Assembly: GCA_965235115.1 (NCBI GenBank)
Contig: OZ249436.1
Coordinates: forward strand, 53,880,001-53,944,000
Reading direction: 5' to 3'
Source: Laetmonice hystrix
Taxonomy: Eukaryota
Length of the DNA: 64,000 nt
Part shown: piece by piece, positions 25,680-51,768 of the stretch
Numbering within the stretch: the stretch's first letter is position 1
Layout of the letters: every line of letters starts with the position of its first letter
The notes under the pieces: generated by a model
The model's input: only the letters and a program-made list of their open reading frames with translations
The model's database searches: none
Told to the model about the DNA's origin: nothing
Translations under genes and position numbers: made by a program

Positions 25680-26040
25680 AATGATTGAGCCTTGGTGGAT
25701 TTCCGGACCTGGAAGAACTAGAGAAGTCATCTTGAATGCTTGTCATATATTTCACTCTCGCTTTCTAGCTTTGTCCCTGTCCATAATCATTTTGAAGTCA
25801 TCAACGTTGATGCCAGGGGCCTTTGGAGGTGCTCTTTCGATTTTGCGCTCGTGGCATGGTTGTGGTCACGAGGCTTGAGGATGAACTGCCTATCCACCGG
25901 GAGCTGCTCGCCCGTCACCTGGTCCCGTGAAGTCCATATTTCACTCAAGCTGAGACCATCCGCCCTGATCCTAGAGTTCACGTTTGCAGTGGTAAGGGCC
26001 AGGGTAAAGCTGGAGAGGAGCCCAACCGCTGGCGAAATGT
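25680..26040 (-). mobile_element. Degraded LTR-retrotransposon (Gypsy-like) pol/integrase C-terminal relic
   Basis: Minus translation LALTTANVNSRIRADGLSLSEIWTSRDQVTGEQLP...NHATSAKSK, then frameshifted DRDKARKRE...VRKST, resembles an integrase C-terminal region I recall from invertebrate Gypsy-like elements; may continue on the other side of the MITE (~24000-24230). Confidence 0.55.
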
Positions 26041-27109
26041 GTAAGCACTCAAGGCCCAGGTCTTGTAGCCTATGGCATGCTCTTCTGCATACTGCAATCA
26101 GCGTCAACTTAAACTTTAATTGTACTCAGTTAGGGCCTACATCTTTTTGAACCAATCCTAGACGGGCACTGGAACCAATCAGGAAGCTTTTTATAGCTTC
26201 TTCCGGCGCAATAGCTACAAATGCTCGGGACAAATTACCCTAAATATATATTTATTGTCAATAAGCATGCACGAAGAATACAACCCCGTTAGGCCTATAT
26301 GACCGACTCCTTTCACGGCGAGGATGGCCATTACCGTGTGATATGTTTAGCACTGAAAACTTAGAGCCCAGTGCTTTTCTCACCTTCTCCAGTATTTTCA
26401 GCCCTTTGTTCCTAGTAGATAATGGCATTTCTTGAGGTCCGTGAATTCACGACACATGGGACCTACAACACGGACCTTGTTCCCGGACAGTTCATCCTTA
26501 TTCCTTATTACAGCCACCTGGCTATAGTTTAGCTGTCATGCACATGTACAAAGTATAAAAGGTATACCATTTTGTAAACCTCGATGGAAGACCTACAGCA
26601 TAAATGGGGGGGGGGGGGCTTACGCCATGTCTCCACTGGAAAGAAATCTACCTTTCTCTTTAAAAAAACAATGCTTTCTTTTATATTCTTTCCCATGTAG
26701 CATAGAAACGCTTTGACATACGAACATGCTTACCCCCCCCCCCTTCCTAATATATAGGCCTAATTCTAACACCTCATTCAGACCTTACCTAGAAAAATGT
26801 ATTGAAGCTAGAATATCATTATTCTATAGTGGTATTATGAAGCGGGACAGGAGGGTATGAGCTCCCGATCGAGGATACTGGCGTGCTGAGCTAGGGTCTC
26901 GCGCGGCCCTCCGCCTACCACATTATTTAACAACTGTTTGGTCCAACCTTCATATAGATATTCAGCCACGTTGATTCAGACCCTCATTCTACATCAAAGA
27001 CTGATTGTCGTCCCTATAACATCTACTGATTACATGTTGGCAATACCATGTCACATGATAATATATGACCAAGTAAGAGTCATTAAGAAATAGAGCTTCT
27101 ATCTAGAAA

Positions 27110-29285
27110 TCAAGTCCTTGACTGGCGTCTGTTTAGAGCGTCAATGTGTGAAGATGACCTTCTGGCGTTCAGTGACCGAGCTGACCTGTCCTTGTGCTCA
27201 TGTCGGTTACTCTGGATAGAGTCCTTGCTGGACACCGAATCCTGGCGAGAGGCAGACGACCGACGGTTCCCACACAAAGTAGAAGATTGCCTTCCCGTGT
27301 GCACTGGTAACGGTTCCTGGTGGTTAGACGACTGCTGAACCGACTGTCGCCGTGGTGATGGCTCCATTATATGCGGAGCGCTTTGCGTCACTGGATGAAG
27401 TTGCATACAGTGTGATATACTGTCTGTCGAATAATTCTGAGGTTTGCGTTGAAATGAGACCTTCTTTTTAAGCACATGTTTCCCGTTGTAGGAGTAAAGA
27501 TTGTCACAGTCATAGGAGGATTCAAACGATAACGGTGTCGATTCATCACTTATTGTAGAAGGTGGGGTTGGTGATATTGGAAAGGCATTCTTTGTATCAA
27601 ATTCCGATGGAGCATCTTCCACCTTTCTGTTTATGCGGTTTTCATTGGCGTCCCCCTTTTCTAGAACAGACGCTAACGTAGCCACAACGCCAGCAATACC
27701 CAGTAAAGCTACAGCAATCGTTGCTAACTCGAAGGAATATGAGAGCACGGCTCCTTCAGTGTCACACGTGAGTGTGTCCGGTACCATAGCCCCAACACCG
27801 GACTTACCGCCGCTGATGTTGAACATCCCGACGATGATGAAACCGGCTGAAACAAGTACGGATATGGTCAGGCCTGTCAGTCTCGCATATAAAGGCGACC
27901 TGCTTTATTTTGCATCCCACACTTGCAAGGTATACTTTCTCATAATTTAGTATCGCAAGAAAACGAAACTGTCGAACTGTGTGGTAGATCACAGTGGAAA
28001 TCAATAGCATAATAAAGATAAGGTCAACAGGCAACAAATTCTCAGATAGGCATTCTAAAAACATATTTATAAAACAGAATAATCTTCTCTGTGATATCTT
28101 GACCAAAAACCAGATGGTGATATTAGAGGTGGAAGTCAATACTCTCTGCACTTTATCACGGTTATGTTTGAAAACATTTACGTATGGCATATCAGTATCG
28201 TTTGTATATCTGATATATCATTTTGTCATTATCCAATGAATGATGTTTTCATGAAGGTTCAACTCACCAGCTGTGAAAGAAGCTGCAGCAAATCCTAGTG
28301 CTACCTGAAGAACCATAAAGGTAGGAGCACAGGAGTACATAGTGAGGAGTAATGTGGTTAAACCGATACACCCAACTCCCATTGTCTCCAGCATCTGCGT
28401 CGCCTGGAACCAAACTGCAGGAGAAATGTATGAAATACAATAACACATAGGCCTACTATGTAAAATAACTGTCGATCAGCAACAATAACTGTAAAATGGT
28501 AAAACAAATCCTATATGGCCGATAGGTATACCACTGTATTTATATTAAATTTTGTTTAGTCTATATATATGCGATAATTATAGGCCTATTCCCCACCTTC
28601 TATAAGCCATCATGTCGGATTAAATACCGGTAAAATGGTTACATCAGTCGCGCAATTTAGTTGAAATTTCTCTCTTGTTTGGGGCCATTACAATATTAGT
28701 GGCATCTATCATTTTCCCGGCGTAAAACGCCTTTTTAAGAGCAAAAATTAAAACATGAGATCTGCCCCTGTGAATGAGTGACTGAATGAATACCGGTGCT
28801 TTTACGCCGCGTCGATAAAAAAAAATATATTCTCATGGCGAGAGTAAAATTCAAAATATTCAACGTTAGTGTACCAGGCCCCTGTCTCTTTCACTTACCC
28901 GGATATGGGTCGGCCACCTTCAGGTGTATCAGATAACATTCGCTCCATTTGATCCGGAATAGGCCCGTTCCTCGGGCTGGATTTTTGATACTTTCGTCTC
29001 CGGGGTCAAAATGCTTCAGAGGTAGCTTTAAGCTTTTGTTATTGATGACGTTAGCACTGACATTGACGCTCGTGTTGACGTGACGGTGATCGTCATGTCC
29101 GTTGGTCCTCATCTGGGTCAGGGTCACGTTACTGAGAGGGGTTCCACACAACATCCAGAGGCCCACCGTCAGCGCCCCCTCGCGGCATGTTATGTCTAAC
29201 CAGCCAGGTGTGCCGACAGCCAGAGATTGAAGTATCACTCCGCCGACCAAGAGTATCATAACGACCACCAGCCACACCTTGTTGG
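27110..29285 (-). CDS. Claudin/PMP22/EMP-superfamily tetraspan membrane protein with long Ser/Arg-rich C-terminal tail
   Basis: Exons (minus): ~29285-28899, 28414-28268, 27846-27110, phases compatible. Four hydrophobic segments and the W...GLWxxC...C...WFQAxQ...SYSF family signature. 5' end uncertain (acceptor-like TTGCAG at ~29286 implying an upstream exon, or an internal ATG). Confidence 0.8.
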
Positions 29286-30538
29286 CTGCAACCAGACATT
29301 ATCATAATAAGTGGCAGAAGATCAGGAGGCTATATAAGCTTATACTATATATCTTATATGTCAACCCCTCAATTTATTCACTCACTCATGCACTCACGTA
29401 GCCCTTTGTGCGGGGGGGTGGGGGTGTCTGTAACGCCCCCTCATCCAAAATCAAGTAGGCATGCCCCCGGACCCCCCGCCTAGCATGGCTTTCCCCGGTC
29501 CAAGTGTAACCCCCCCCCCCCCCCCTCAAAACTTCCTGTGCACGGCCCTGCTTTGCGGTAGCCTATAACAAGAGATGAAGAAGTAACTCGGCACAGGAAG
29601 AGTTGACCAATCACTGAATGTTGACCTTCGTTATCTACGCCACAACAAGAGCTGAATCAGTGGTTTGGAAGCGATCCATTTTACTGGGGGAGGAACCACA
29701 GAATAGGTACTCTGTGGAGGAACCCCGAGAAACAGGGACCCCCACCGAACTTGCGTATATAGATGTCTAGGCCTACTGACAAACTGTCTCCATCCCATAG
29801 AGGCGAGAGGCCTTATGATCAGCAGACAACAGCTATAGATGAATAGCACACTTTAGTCTGTGAAATCTCCCTCTGATTTGGAAACTGATACTTTTGAGGT
29901 TATCATTTTACACCAATGAGTTGTGAGAAATGTACAAAACTGTTGTTGCGATAACTAGCATTATTTACAGGATATAATCATGACACAGGAAGGCGACTGG
30001 CCCGATTATAGATCACATTTTTACATGCATAGATGTCATACTAAAGGTAAGAATATGAAAATGAGGACATGTGCCCCCCCCCCCCCCCCCCATTTGAGCG
30101 AACCCAATTTGTACAAGGCAACGAATTCAATCACCAATATAGTGCAGTTCTTCTAATGTCTACCATAAGCCTGTGAAACACATGCTGATAATAAGTTGCA
30201 CACCAAAAGGTCAAAGTTTAACGTTCAGCTGGCAGTAGCGTTCTGTTCCAGAAATGATCTGACCTCGAACATAAAGTACCTATTCACGTTCTACGTTTTA
30301 CCCTCCCTTGAGAGAACCATTTTACATTGATAAGTGATCTTTAGAATGCCCGGTTGTATATAATGACCGCATGCCCCGAGAGCAGTGTTCTACCCTGACC
30401 AGGAATGTGATGTTATTATTACAAAATTGCGACCGACGCAACGTAATCGTAAAAGTTGGAGAAGGACGGGCAAACATCCGGAGGTAGTCTAAATTCTTTA
30501 CACGGGAACCATTGAGATTCATTGGAGTTTACACATCT

Positions 30539-30871
30539 CAGTGGGGGATCCAGGATTTTGATAAGGGGGGGGGCACCTAAAAAAAAAATTGTAGCCTCGC
30601 TACGCTCTGCATGATTTTATTGTAATTATGGCCATTTTGGGCCCCTTTTGGTCTATTTCAATGCTGCATGGCCCAGAGTTATGCTCCTGGATGACTGGGG
30701 AGGCCCTTTTGGGCCCGATGTTACTATCACGTACAATATAGGAGGCTTTCTTTTACAGAATTTTGTTGGAATACTGGTTTCAGGGTCCGAATAATGCATC
30801 TTCTTACAAAAAAGCGGGGAAAAGAAAGAATTAAGGGGGCGGGCCCCTTGGCCCCCCTGGATCTCCCAGTG
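30539..30871. mobile_element. MITE (CAGTGGGGGATCCAGG...CCTGGATCTCCCAGTG), 5-bp TSD CATCT
   Basis: TIR and TSD seen; a related end in reverse orientation at ~37718-37759. Confidence 0.8.
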
Positions 30872-31136
30872 CATCTGCAAGAGAAGGTTCAGGGCGATAA
30901 CGTGTCGGTTAGTTTTATTGGCGGACGAAACCGGAGTACCCGGGAAAGCTACCATCATTATGGCAGGTTACCCAAAACCTTCTCACGTCCAACATGAAGG
31001 AGATTCAACCCCAGAGGTGCACGCTCCCCCCTTCCCATGCAGGAAGAGGCAATCAAGAGACACAATACACCAAACCGATAAACGATTAAATTTACAGTAT
31101 AGGGGGCTTTGGGGGCATCGAAGGAGAAGTAATGAT

Positions 31137-31919
31137 CAGGGGCGTAGCCTGCGGGAGGGAAAGGGGGCAATTGCCCCCCCCCCCGATTTCCAGGTTTTTT
31201 TTTACCTAGACCCCAACTCGACCGGCGCAATGACGCGCTATCACATGGTAGGCCTATCTGGTTCAGGGATAACCTGGGATTCCAAGCCCATTGGCTTCAT
31301 TTGTTTGGTCGCCAGCTGGGCTTGGGATTGCTTCCATTCAAAATCGACGGGTCCTTGTACCTCCCTGTACCTCCCCCACACATAGTTTCCAGTCGTACCT
31401 AAAGTCTTAAAAAAATGAAGGTGTCCCTACCATTCTTTAAGCACTGGCTGTTACTGAATGAGTATTCACCGACTTTTTTGGTCTGCAGCGGGAGTTTGAA
31501 TCTGTGAACCTAATGGCAGCCATCGCTGATCATGCAGCTGTCTTGCCCAAAACGTGGCTGGGGCAGGGGCGTTTAGGGAGCAGTTCTTATTTTCATACTG
31601 CATCAATCCATCAATGCATCAATGCGTGGCGATGTGTCTGTGAAAACAGCTCCCTCCCTCCCTCCCTCCCTCCCTCCCTCCCTTCCTCCGCCCAAAACGA
31701 GGCTGGGGGCAAGATGGCGACTCGCTTCATGTGAATATGCCCGCTACATGACTTGGATTTCAAATATACGGGTTGACAGCAGGATTTATTGGAGTAAATT
31801 GTACCACAGACATACATATGGACATATTTAATCATTGAGTGTAATACGAGTTCTCATCTGATGCTCTGTCTAGTTCAGGGACACTGCCCCCTGGGATTTT
31901 CGGCCAGGCTACGGCCCTG
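31137..31919. mobile_element. MITE (CAGGGGCGTAGCCTG...CAGGCTACGGCCCTG), near-match 5-bp TSD
   Basis: TIRs; flanks ATGAT/CTGAT. Confidence 0.65.
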
Positions 31920-32179
31920 CTGATTGACCTTTTATCGCAATAAAACATGTCTAAACCCAGAATTTCGCCAGAAGTGATTCTTCTCGCCCTCAAATACATG
32001 ATCCCCGTATAGGAGAAAAAGCATCATGATCCGGAGAAAATGGCGGCATCGATATACATGTACAAGTCGTATTGAGGTGTAGGCCTATACATTATAAGTT
32101 AATCTAACGTTAATCTAACTTGTTTTATGTCTTACTTTTTAGCGAGACATCGACAGTTTTTATAATATTCTTCTGTTAA

Positions 32180-32461
32180 TGTTGTTGTTGTTGTTGTCGT
32201 CGTCGTCCTTCCCTTCTTCTTCTTCTTCTTCTTCTTCTTCTTCTTCTTTTTCTTCTTCTTCTTCTTCTTCTTTTTCTTCTTCTTCTTCTTCTTCTTCTTC
32301 TTCTTCTTCTTCTTCTTCTTCTGCTTTCTTCTTCTTCTTCTTCTTCTTCTTCTTCTTCTTCTTCTTCTTCTTCTGCTTTCTGCTTCTTCTTCTGCTGCTT
32401 TCTTCTTCTTGTTCTTCTTCTTCTTCTTTATCTCCTTCTTCTTTCTGCTTCTGCTTTTGCT

Positions 32462-32496
<35 letters not shown>

Positions 32497-32500
32497 TTCT
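32180..32500. repeat. Compound (GTT)n/(GTC)n/(TTC)n microsatellite
   Basis: Seen directly; source of the poly-K/E/S/F ORFs. Confidence 0.95.
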
Positions 32501-35500
32501 GCACGGGATCATGGATTCAGAAAACCCCGCAGCTGTTCAGCTGCCTATTGGCAATCTTACCCGCCCGAAATGTAATGAGAGGTACCGTGCACCAGGCACG
32601 AGCATGCTAAGCAGGCGTAGGCCCACAGCCAAAACTGCTTCTGGCTGAATACCTGCAACGTATAAATCACCTTCACTGACCCAATATGCCCTAAACTTTG
32701 CCTTGACCGACTTTACTGTTTCTCGGTCTACGTGACCTAAAATTTTCTCTCCAGCCTTCACTCCTGCCCTCGGAAACTGGCTCACGTCAATTACCGAATA
32801 GCTCGGTGTGCGCCAGGCTGCACATGAAGAATCTGGGATCACGGTTCTAGGAACCAGTGAGCCCTCCGTTTACATTTATCATGTCTCTGGTTACACTATT
32901 CGGAGGAGTTGCAGCGGTGCACAATTCCTTTTTACACGATTATACTTCCATATTATGATGGAATTGGATGAAAACTAGTCGAAAAGACCCTTAGCTGCTG
33001 AATGTTAGTGTATGACTTAAACCCTATAGTTTACATATCAGCCGTATCTTTGGACGGCTGTATCTTTGTTTTCTCTCCAGGACACAGTTTTCATAAACTT
33101 TGAGCATTATACAACCCCTAAACTACACGCTGGACATGGGCGTCCGCGAACGGGGGGGGGCAGTGCCCCCCGTATCGTCTGCCAACCCCGCGTTTCTGTT
33201 GCCTATAAGTTCACATATAATTTTCGTCGCTCCCCCCCCCCCACCCTAAAATATTTCCTGCGGACGCCCATGCTGCCGGATAGGTTTTTTATGTGCGAAA
33301 CTTTTCGTCTAAAACCTTTTTTTCTGTAAAGCCTCGATCAAGACCTTTTCCTAAAATGTTGTGGTTGGTTTAAATAATATGCGTGTCCAAATAACAAATA
33401 TAGGAACCAACATGATCAGATAATTTTGACAAGAAGAAATTGCCTCCGACAGCAAAGCTATGCTGCAGCTTTAGGATTCCCAATGTGTACCTTGGCGGCT
33501 CGCGAGGGGGGAGTAGAGCACGTACCCTCCACACCCCTGTATGTGGACGGGTATAATGTAAGTAATCTATTACCAGCTAGGTGTAAACGGAGAGAGAGTT
33601 CCGTCACTCAGGGTTTCCCAGCCCGAGCGTCGTTACAGGGGGTAAAGGGGTTCATGTTCTCCCCGCCTCACCAACCCCACCCCTACCCTGACGCCTGAAA
33701 TGAACATGTATTAAATCAAAGTCTGTGTTCTCATGGTGAACGTTTCCTTGATCCGGGGCTGTCCCTCCTGGAAAAATTCCTGACAACGCCCATGGAGGCA
33801 TGTCTCTGTGACCCCCCCCCCCCTTTTTTTTAGAAAGGGGCGGTGGTGGGCACTTGACCCCCAGGTCTGTGCCGTCCCCCTATATCAGCATTAATGCATG
33901 CATGGTAACTACGACGTTTCTGACAAACGGCATCCGATTATAGACTTCAACTACTGATTCAACTAACCTATAGGTTCCAGGTCAAGGCAACGCACGGCAG
34001 GATACCCATAACATTTAGGTTGGAACCTCAATGCACGAGTTCATTCAGGTTAAATCGTCAAAATTAATTTTTTTTTAACACTAGAGACTGGTTGAGTTGA
34101 GACCAACCAAACTTTGCGACACACGCTACCATTTAAAAGGACGATACATGCCTTTGTGAATGACACGAGATCCGGTCAGCACGTTTCGGGGCTGTCTTGG
34201 TCCCATTGCCAAGGAAGCAACGTGCAAGTTAGTGGCACATCGCCTCCCAGCACCAGCAGCAGGTCCCCTTTTTTTCCACATATTGCTCAGTAATTAGCAA
34301 CCGTTTTTCTGTCACTTTTCCCAGTTTCCAGCACCGCTGCTCCTTTTTAGAGTCTCACGGTAAAAATTTAAATCCCGTTTCATGCTGCAACATCGGCTCC
34401 ACTGTTCAGATATATTCCTGAGCGCGGCTTGGTGTTCCGACTTGCTCGCCTTCCTGCCACATCGGTTATGGTCAGACGGTAGTTACTAACTATCCTTTGA
34501 AATTTCTCGGTGCAGAGACTCTAGGTAAGTTACTCCATTCATGAATGATTGCATCGCCCGAATTCTTGGCGCCAAATGGCATAGTATGAACTCTAGCGGT
34601 GATATATTCAAGCAACTACACCGGGGGAGAGTGGGGAAACGCTGCCGGGTACGGCCGCTATGGCAACGCAGGGCACACGTCACGATCATTCGATACTTTC
34701 TGCATAGGTTTGTATACCTACCTGGTCAGACACCGTACCTTACGCGTGGCGCTACTTGGATCCAAACTCCAAGCTTGAACTCCTATACACTGCCATATGT
34801 CAGGGGAATTTCTTTCCGACTGGGTTATTCCTATTTTATGTGATATACCTCACTCAAAGTGGATCGTGAAAGAAATTATCTGTCGCTATTCCAAACTTTT
34901 CTCTTTTAGCTCATGTGTCCACTTAAATGTTGTGTCATTTGAGCGGTGATTTTGAAGAAATATTACTAAGCATGTAAAAGTTGCCCTATCAGCAATTTCG
35001 AAAATACATGGCTTGTCACCAAAAATATATCCCTATGGTATACTCTAGCTTCATGTGACTTTGGTGAATATTGTGTAAAAAATATAATTTGCCAAAAGTC
35101 TTCTCAAGGGCTTGAAATCTCCCGCGTGGCCATCAAGAGAATTATAGATGACTCTGCCTGTTCCAAAGGCATAGAATTATGCCACTTTTCATTGATTTCA
35201 AGGTGTTTTACGCTTGCATAACATGGTTCGTTTTTGTACTTGCTACCACCAGAGAAAATATATTAATGGCATGTGTAATGAGTGTCAATATGATAAACAT
35301 TCAATGTGTTAATGGTGACGAGGAAAGCATAGGCCGATGTCTGGAGAATTCTTTTAAGATACCTGGACTGAATATTAGGGTTCACATTTAATAACATCAA
35401 GCTGATAATCTATCCATAAAAGACGTCTGAAAAACTTAAAATACTACGAAAATTTGGCATTTTCCCAACAATTTTGAACTCAAGGACATGGGTAAGGTGT

Positions 35501-38500
35501 GTGAACTTTTGCTGCACCTGAACGGTAAGGCGTCGTGAACACAGTGTCCCCCGGCTGTATAATGCAAGCTTCCATGGTCTCGCAGGTGAGATCACGTTAC
35601 AAACTGCAAGCTCTGTCATTTTTATATGAGTAGGTTATCTGGCCATTACAAGGTTGCAAACCGGAAGCAGATAGACTGATGTCGCCAATGAACTTAGAGT
35701 GTCATACAGCAGACTCCAACAAAGACATGCACCAGGTGACATCGGTGTCAAGCTGTAGTTGACGCTCACATGACAACATATTGAGACATTAATGTTTTTG
35801 GGTGTGTACTTCGAATACTGTTCTACAATATTACATGGATTTTGTTTTCCTTAACATAGATCTATACTTTCGTTCATAATTCATGAAAAGTATAGGGCCT
35901 ATTCATTTCTATATTTCAAGCACAATTCCAATTGGAAGCTATATAATATCCCTAACTTGTTTTGAGTGGTGTAGTTAAGCCATATTTAAAGGGGCACAAT
36001 GGGAAGAATCGCACTTTAGAACGGCGTTTGAATCTTTTGGGTGAAATTTGGGTGAAAACTGTTGTCTTGGCCGAGAAATGGCATAGCTTCCAACGGGGTC
36101 ATATGGGGCCACGCCCCTCCCCCCCTCTACAATGTTTAACTACTGAATTTCGGTGTCACTTTGGGGTTGACTGTGGTTTAATTACAGGCTAATCTACGGT
36201 TGCAGGGTAGGAATATATATTTCGGACCTGTTTATGCTATTACGGATAATCTAATTTAAAGGTAATTCATCTCCCTAGCGTTGTCCACCCCAACTATTTA
36301 TCTGCGGATTTCATACTTACCTTGACTCAAAAATATTCCATGTCAACATACATTGTACATTAGTGATCACATCTGTACTCGTCATTGACATGCGATAAAA
36401 TTCTCATATTTCATCTTTTTTGCATTGAGTATGAGAAACGGCCGGCCGAACGGCCATTGCACCGGTTTCTGAACTATTTAATATGTCAACACGGCCGCAC
36501 ACGAACTACCGGGACCGCACTGTACGCGAACTTATGAATGTTATGTAGGTCCCACAGAAACTCTTCAGATTTCCGATATGTTGTATCCTTTATTACATAT
36601 CTTTTCGAGCAGTATAGTTAAATTCTATACACCTCAACAAAAGTAAGTTCCCCTCTAAATAATTGGTCATCGTTTCCAAAGTATACCTCCACCACAATGC
36701 GATGTATGACCTCTATGGTGATATAGGTACAATGAATTTCCTCGATCCCGGCGGGGGTGTAAAAATGTGTCAATGTTGAGCAGGGGTGTTCATCAAAAGT
36801 CGTTGATGTCATGAAGATGCCCCGTCTTAATCTGTCGGGTTAAATCTTACCAACAACCGTCTATAATATCACGTGATCTAATAATAATTAATGCTAGTAT
36901 ATCCTCAGCACCATCATTTTGCTAGAGGTTAGGGACATTTTAGTCCTGTGCCCCTATATCTTTGACATTAGCCTAGGTCTACACTATAATAGACAAAATT
37001 GGGTGTATATGGCGATTATCGTTCTGCCCTTTGATGTGTCAGAAGCAATGTGACGTCCTTCTATAGTACCTGATTGTAGCATTAAGAGATATCCGGCGTG
37101 AAGGTCCCGTATTTACCGAAGCTTTGTGTTGGCGGTCTTGACCTCATGCCGCTTTTCGCCTGCAGCTATGATCTGTGCCAGTCAATGATACGTGGCCACA
37201 TTACCCTAGATACTCTATCAGGTGCAATACGTATCGTATCGTGAACGGTTCAGCCATATCAATCATATAGTTTATGTTTCTTTTTGACGAATTTTAAGAT
37301 GCACTCAATAAACTCCAACGGAAATACGCTTGTCAGATTGGGGTTCTTTCTCTCGAACCTATAGGTCCTCTTTGCCAACCATATAGTTCATGGACAATAT
37401 GAAGATGGCGAGGGGTTCAATATGTGATGGTTGAGAGAGGCGAGAGTTATTTACGTGACGCGTGAAGGGCGTGAAGCGTTATCCATCATGTAGGAGGTGT
37501 AGGGACCGGGGTGGGATCTTTACTTCCGACCCAGGGGGCCCGGGCCCCCTTAGATTCCCCTCCTTTTTTATATGAAGATGATGCCTATATTTGAACAATA
37601 TATGGTATTTGAATAAAATAAAACGTTTAGAAGTGTGTCAATAGCAATTATTTTATGTGAGTGTAATACAGGCACAATGAAATCATGGCGAGCGTAGCGA
37701 GGGTAAAAATGTTTTTCGGTGCCCCCCCCCCCCTTATCAAAATCCTGGATCCCCCACTGATCGAGTTGTATCTATAGGCCTACTATATAGGCTCTACACA
37801 GGTGTGAAGGGAATGTAAGTCCGCTGGACATTTGTTAACCTTATTGTATGGGGTGTCCAAAGTCAAGATGGCGGCAAACGTTCAGCTTATACCCGATGTG
37901 ACAGGAAGTGCGCCTGGAACGAAAATTTGTGAAAAAAGTCCTTTTTTCGTGAAAAAAAAATTCGTGAAAAAACTCAAGACATCTTCATGCAGGAAGAATA
38001 TTGGGGACTCCGACAGCGTATATACGTAGGTCTGATAGAACCTATGCCTATCTAGATTCAGTCTCAGTAGCGGATCCAAGGGGGGGGGGGTAGTAGGCAG
38101 CCATTCTTTTTTCTTTTTTCTCCATTGAACTTTTGGAATTAACCATGCCAACCCCCCCCCCCCGAGCAAATTCTCCCCCTTAACCCCCCTTACCAAAATT
38201 TTGGATCCGCCCCTGAGATTTAGAAAATCACAGGGCCTACTTTGTAGCATCTATTAGCCGAGGCTTCCAGTTGGCCTACAAGCTCTCCTTGTAAAAGGCA
38301 GAAAGGGCCTAGAGTTTGCCGACATAGAAAGCTCTAAAACCACATTCGTTAGCCACCTGGCGAGAGAGGCGATCATTATTAGTAGCGCCCTCTTGTGCCA
38401 ATGTTGTGTTCCTACAGATGGCGCTTACCCTTTCCGAGGTTATCATTCTCCCCGGTAGAGGGCTTCCGCTTCATGTCCTCCAGGTTTGGTCATGATGGGA

Positions 38501-39464
38501 TCACCCTGGAGCGTGCGAACAAGGTTATTCATCCAATGAAGGAACTGCCGAGGATCCCCAAAGTAAGCGCCCATCACTATAATAAATCTTGGGGGAAAGG
38601 ACAGGTCTAAAAGTTTATAGACCTCTGGGTCTCCCTACCAAAAAGAATTAGGCCTATTGAAAAATTATCATACTATCAATCAGATCGAGCTTTTTGTTTT
38701 TCTTGGCTCCAATCTTGACTGACATGTCAGCCTATAATATATGTTTAATATTTTTAAGCATCTGTGTAATGGTTTACATGCATATTGGAATACAATGTAC
38801 ATGTATCGTCGTTAAAAGAAGCCGTTATGTTAAAACATAGCCCGACATCTGGAACGGAAGGTCATTTGACAACGCTTTTTCCCAGTGTCTTCTTTTAGGC
38901 CTAAATTCACTTATGGGTTTTCTCGTAGTTAACATTTATCTTTAATTATTACTTTAAGAGTTGGCTGTTAGTAGGCTATATCAGATCCGTATAGCCAGGA
39001 TTTCCAAAGGGCGGGATCGATCGTTTTGGGAGAAAATTTGCCTTTTTGAAAAAGTTAACTACGGTATATTATATTAGAAAAGATGGACCTTTTGGAAGAA
39101 AGTAGATGTAGTCAAGGTTTTCATTGAAGGAGGTTTCGGTCTTCACTAAAGCTGCCAAGTTTTCTTTGCATACTTGTTGGGGAACGAAAAAGTTGTCTGT
39201 CCATTCTGTCCATTCAGGTGCATAGGATATCGTGCCCTCCCCTGGTTATGGGCCTGTACATATTGCAATTAGATGTACGCTAACTACACGTGTGATACAA
39301 AGAATAGGCGACGGCTACTGTGCGTTTTACACTTTACTAACACTAGGGGGTCTACTCTACTTCTTTACAAGGACACTGAAACTCTTTGATCTTGTGCAAA
39401 ACTTTCCCACCAAATACGCATTTGTTGTGTTGATGCCTGCGTCTACTTCGCCATTGGCCTATAG

Positions 39465-39520
39465 CTGACCGGGGGCGGGGAGATGAGGAGAGTGATTGGC
39501 AGTTGCTGGTGTGACGCATT
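39465..39520 (+). promoter_or_regulatory. Candidate ZCCHC24 proximal promoter (GC box GGGGCGGGG, reverse CCAAT, CRE-like TGACGCA)
   Basis: Motif cluster ~230-270 bp upstream of the ATG. Confidence 0.45.
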
Positions 39521-39742
39521 TACCGGTACCGGGCTCGTCGGGGGTAGAGAAACCAAAGACGGTGCCACCATTCCAGCACAGTAGATGCTACCGGGGGCCC
39601 GGGCAGAACACCATCGCCATCTACATTTTGAACCCTGAGCACCAAAGTTGGTGTATCAGTTGCCTTCCATCGTCTTTCTAGAAGTGCCAACAGAACAGTT
39701 GGCGACACCGTCGAACTGGCGAACCAGGAGCTTCTTACCAAA

Positions 39743-51768
<12,026 letters not shown>

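Noticed and set aside
32132..32648. Poly-K/E/S/F ORFs
   Set aside because: Trinucleotide microsatellite.
32537..32842. 101-aa minus-strand ORF with protein-like composition
   Set aside because: No recognisable motif or convincing splice context; cannot support it as an exon.
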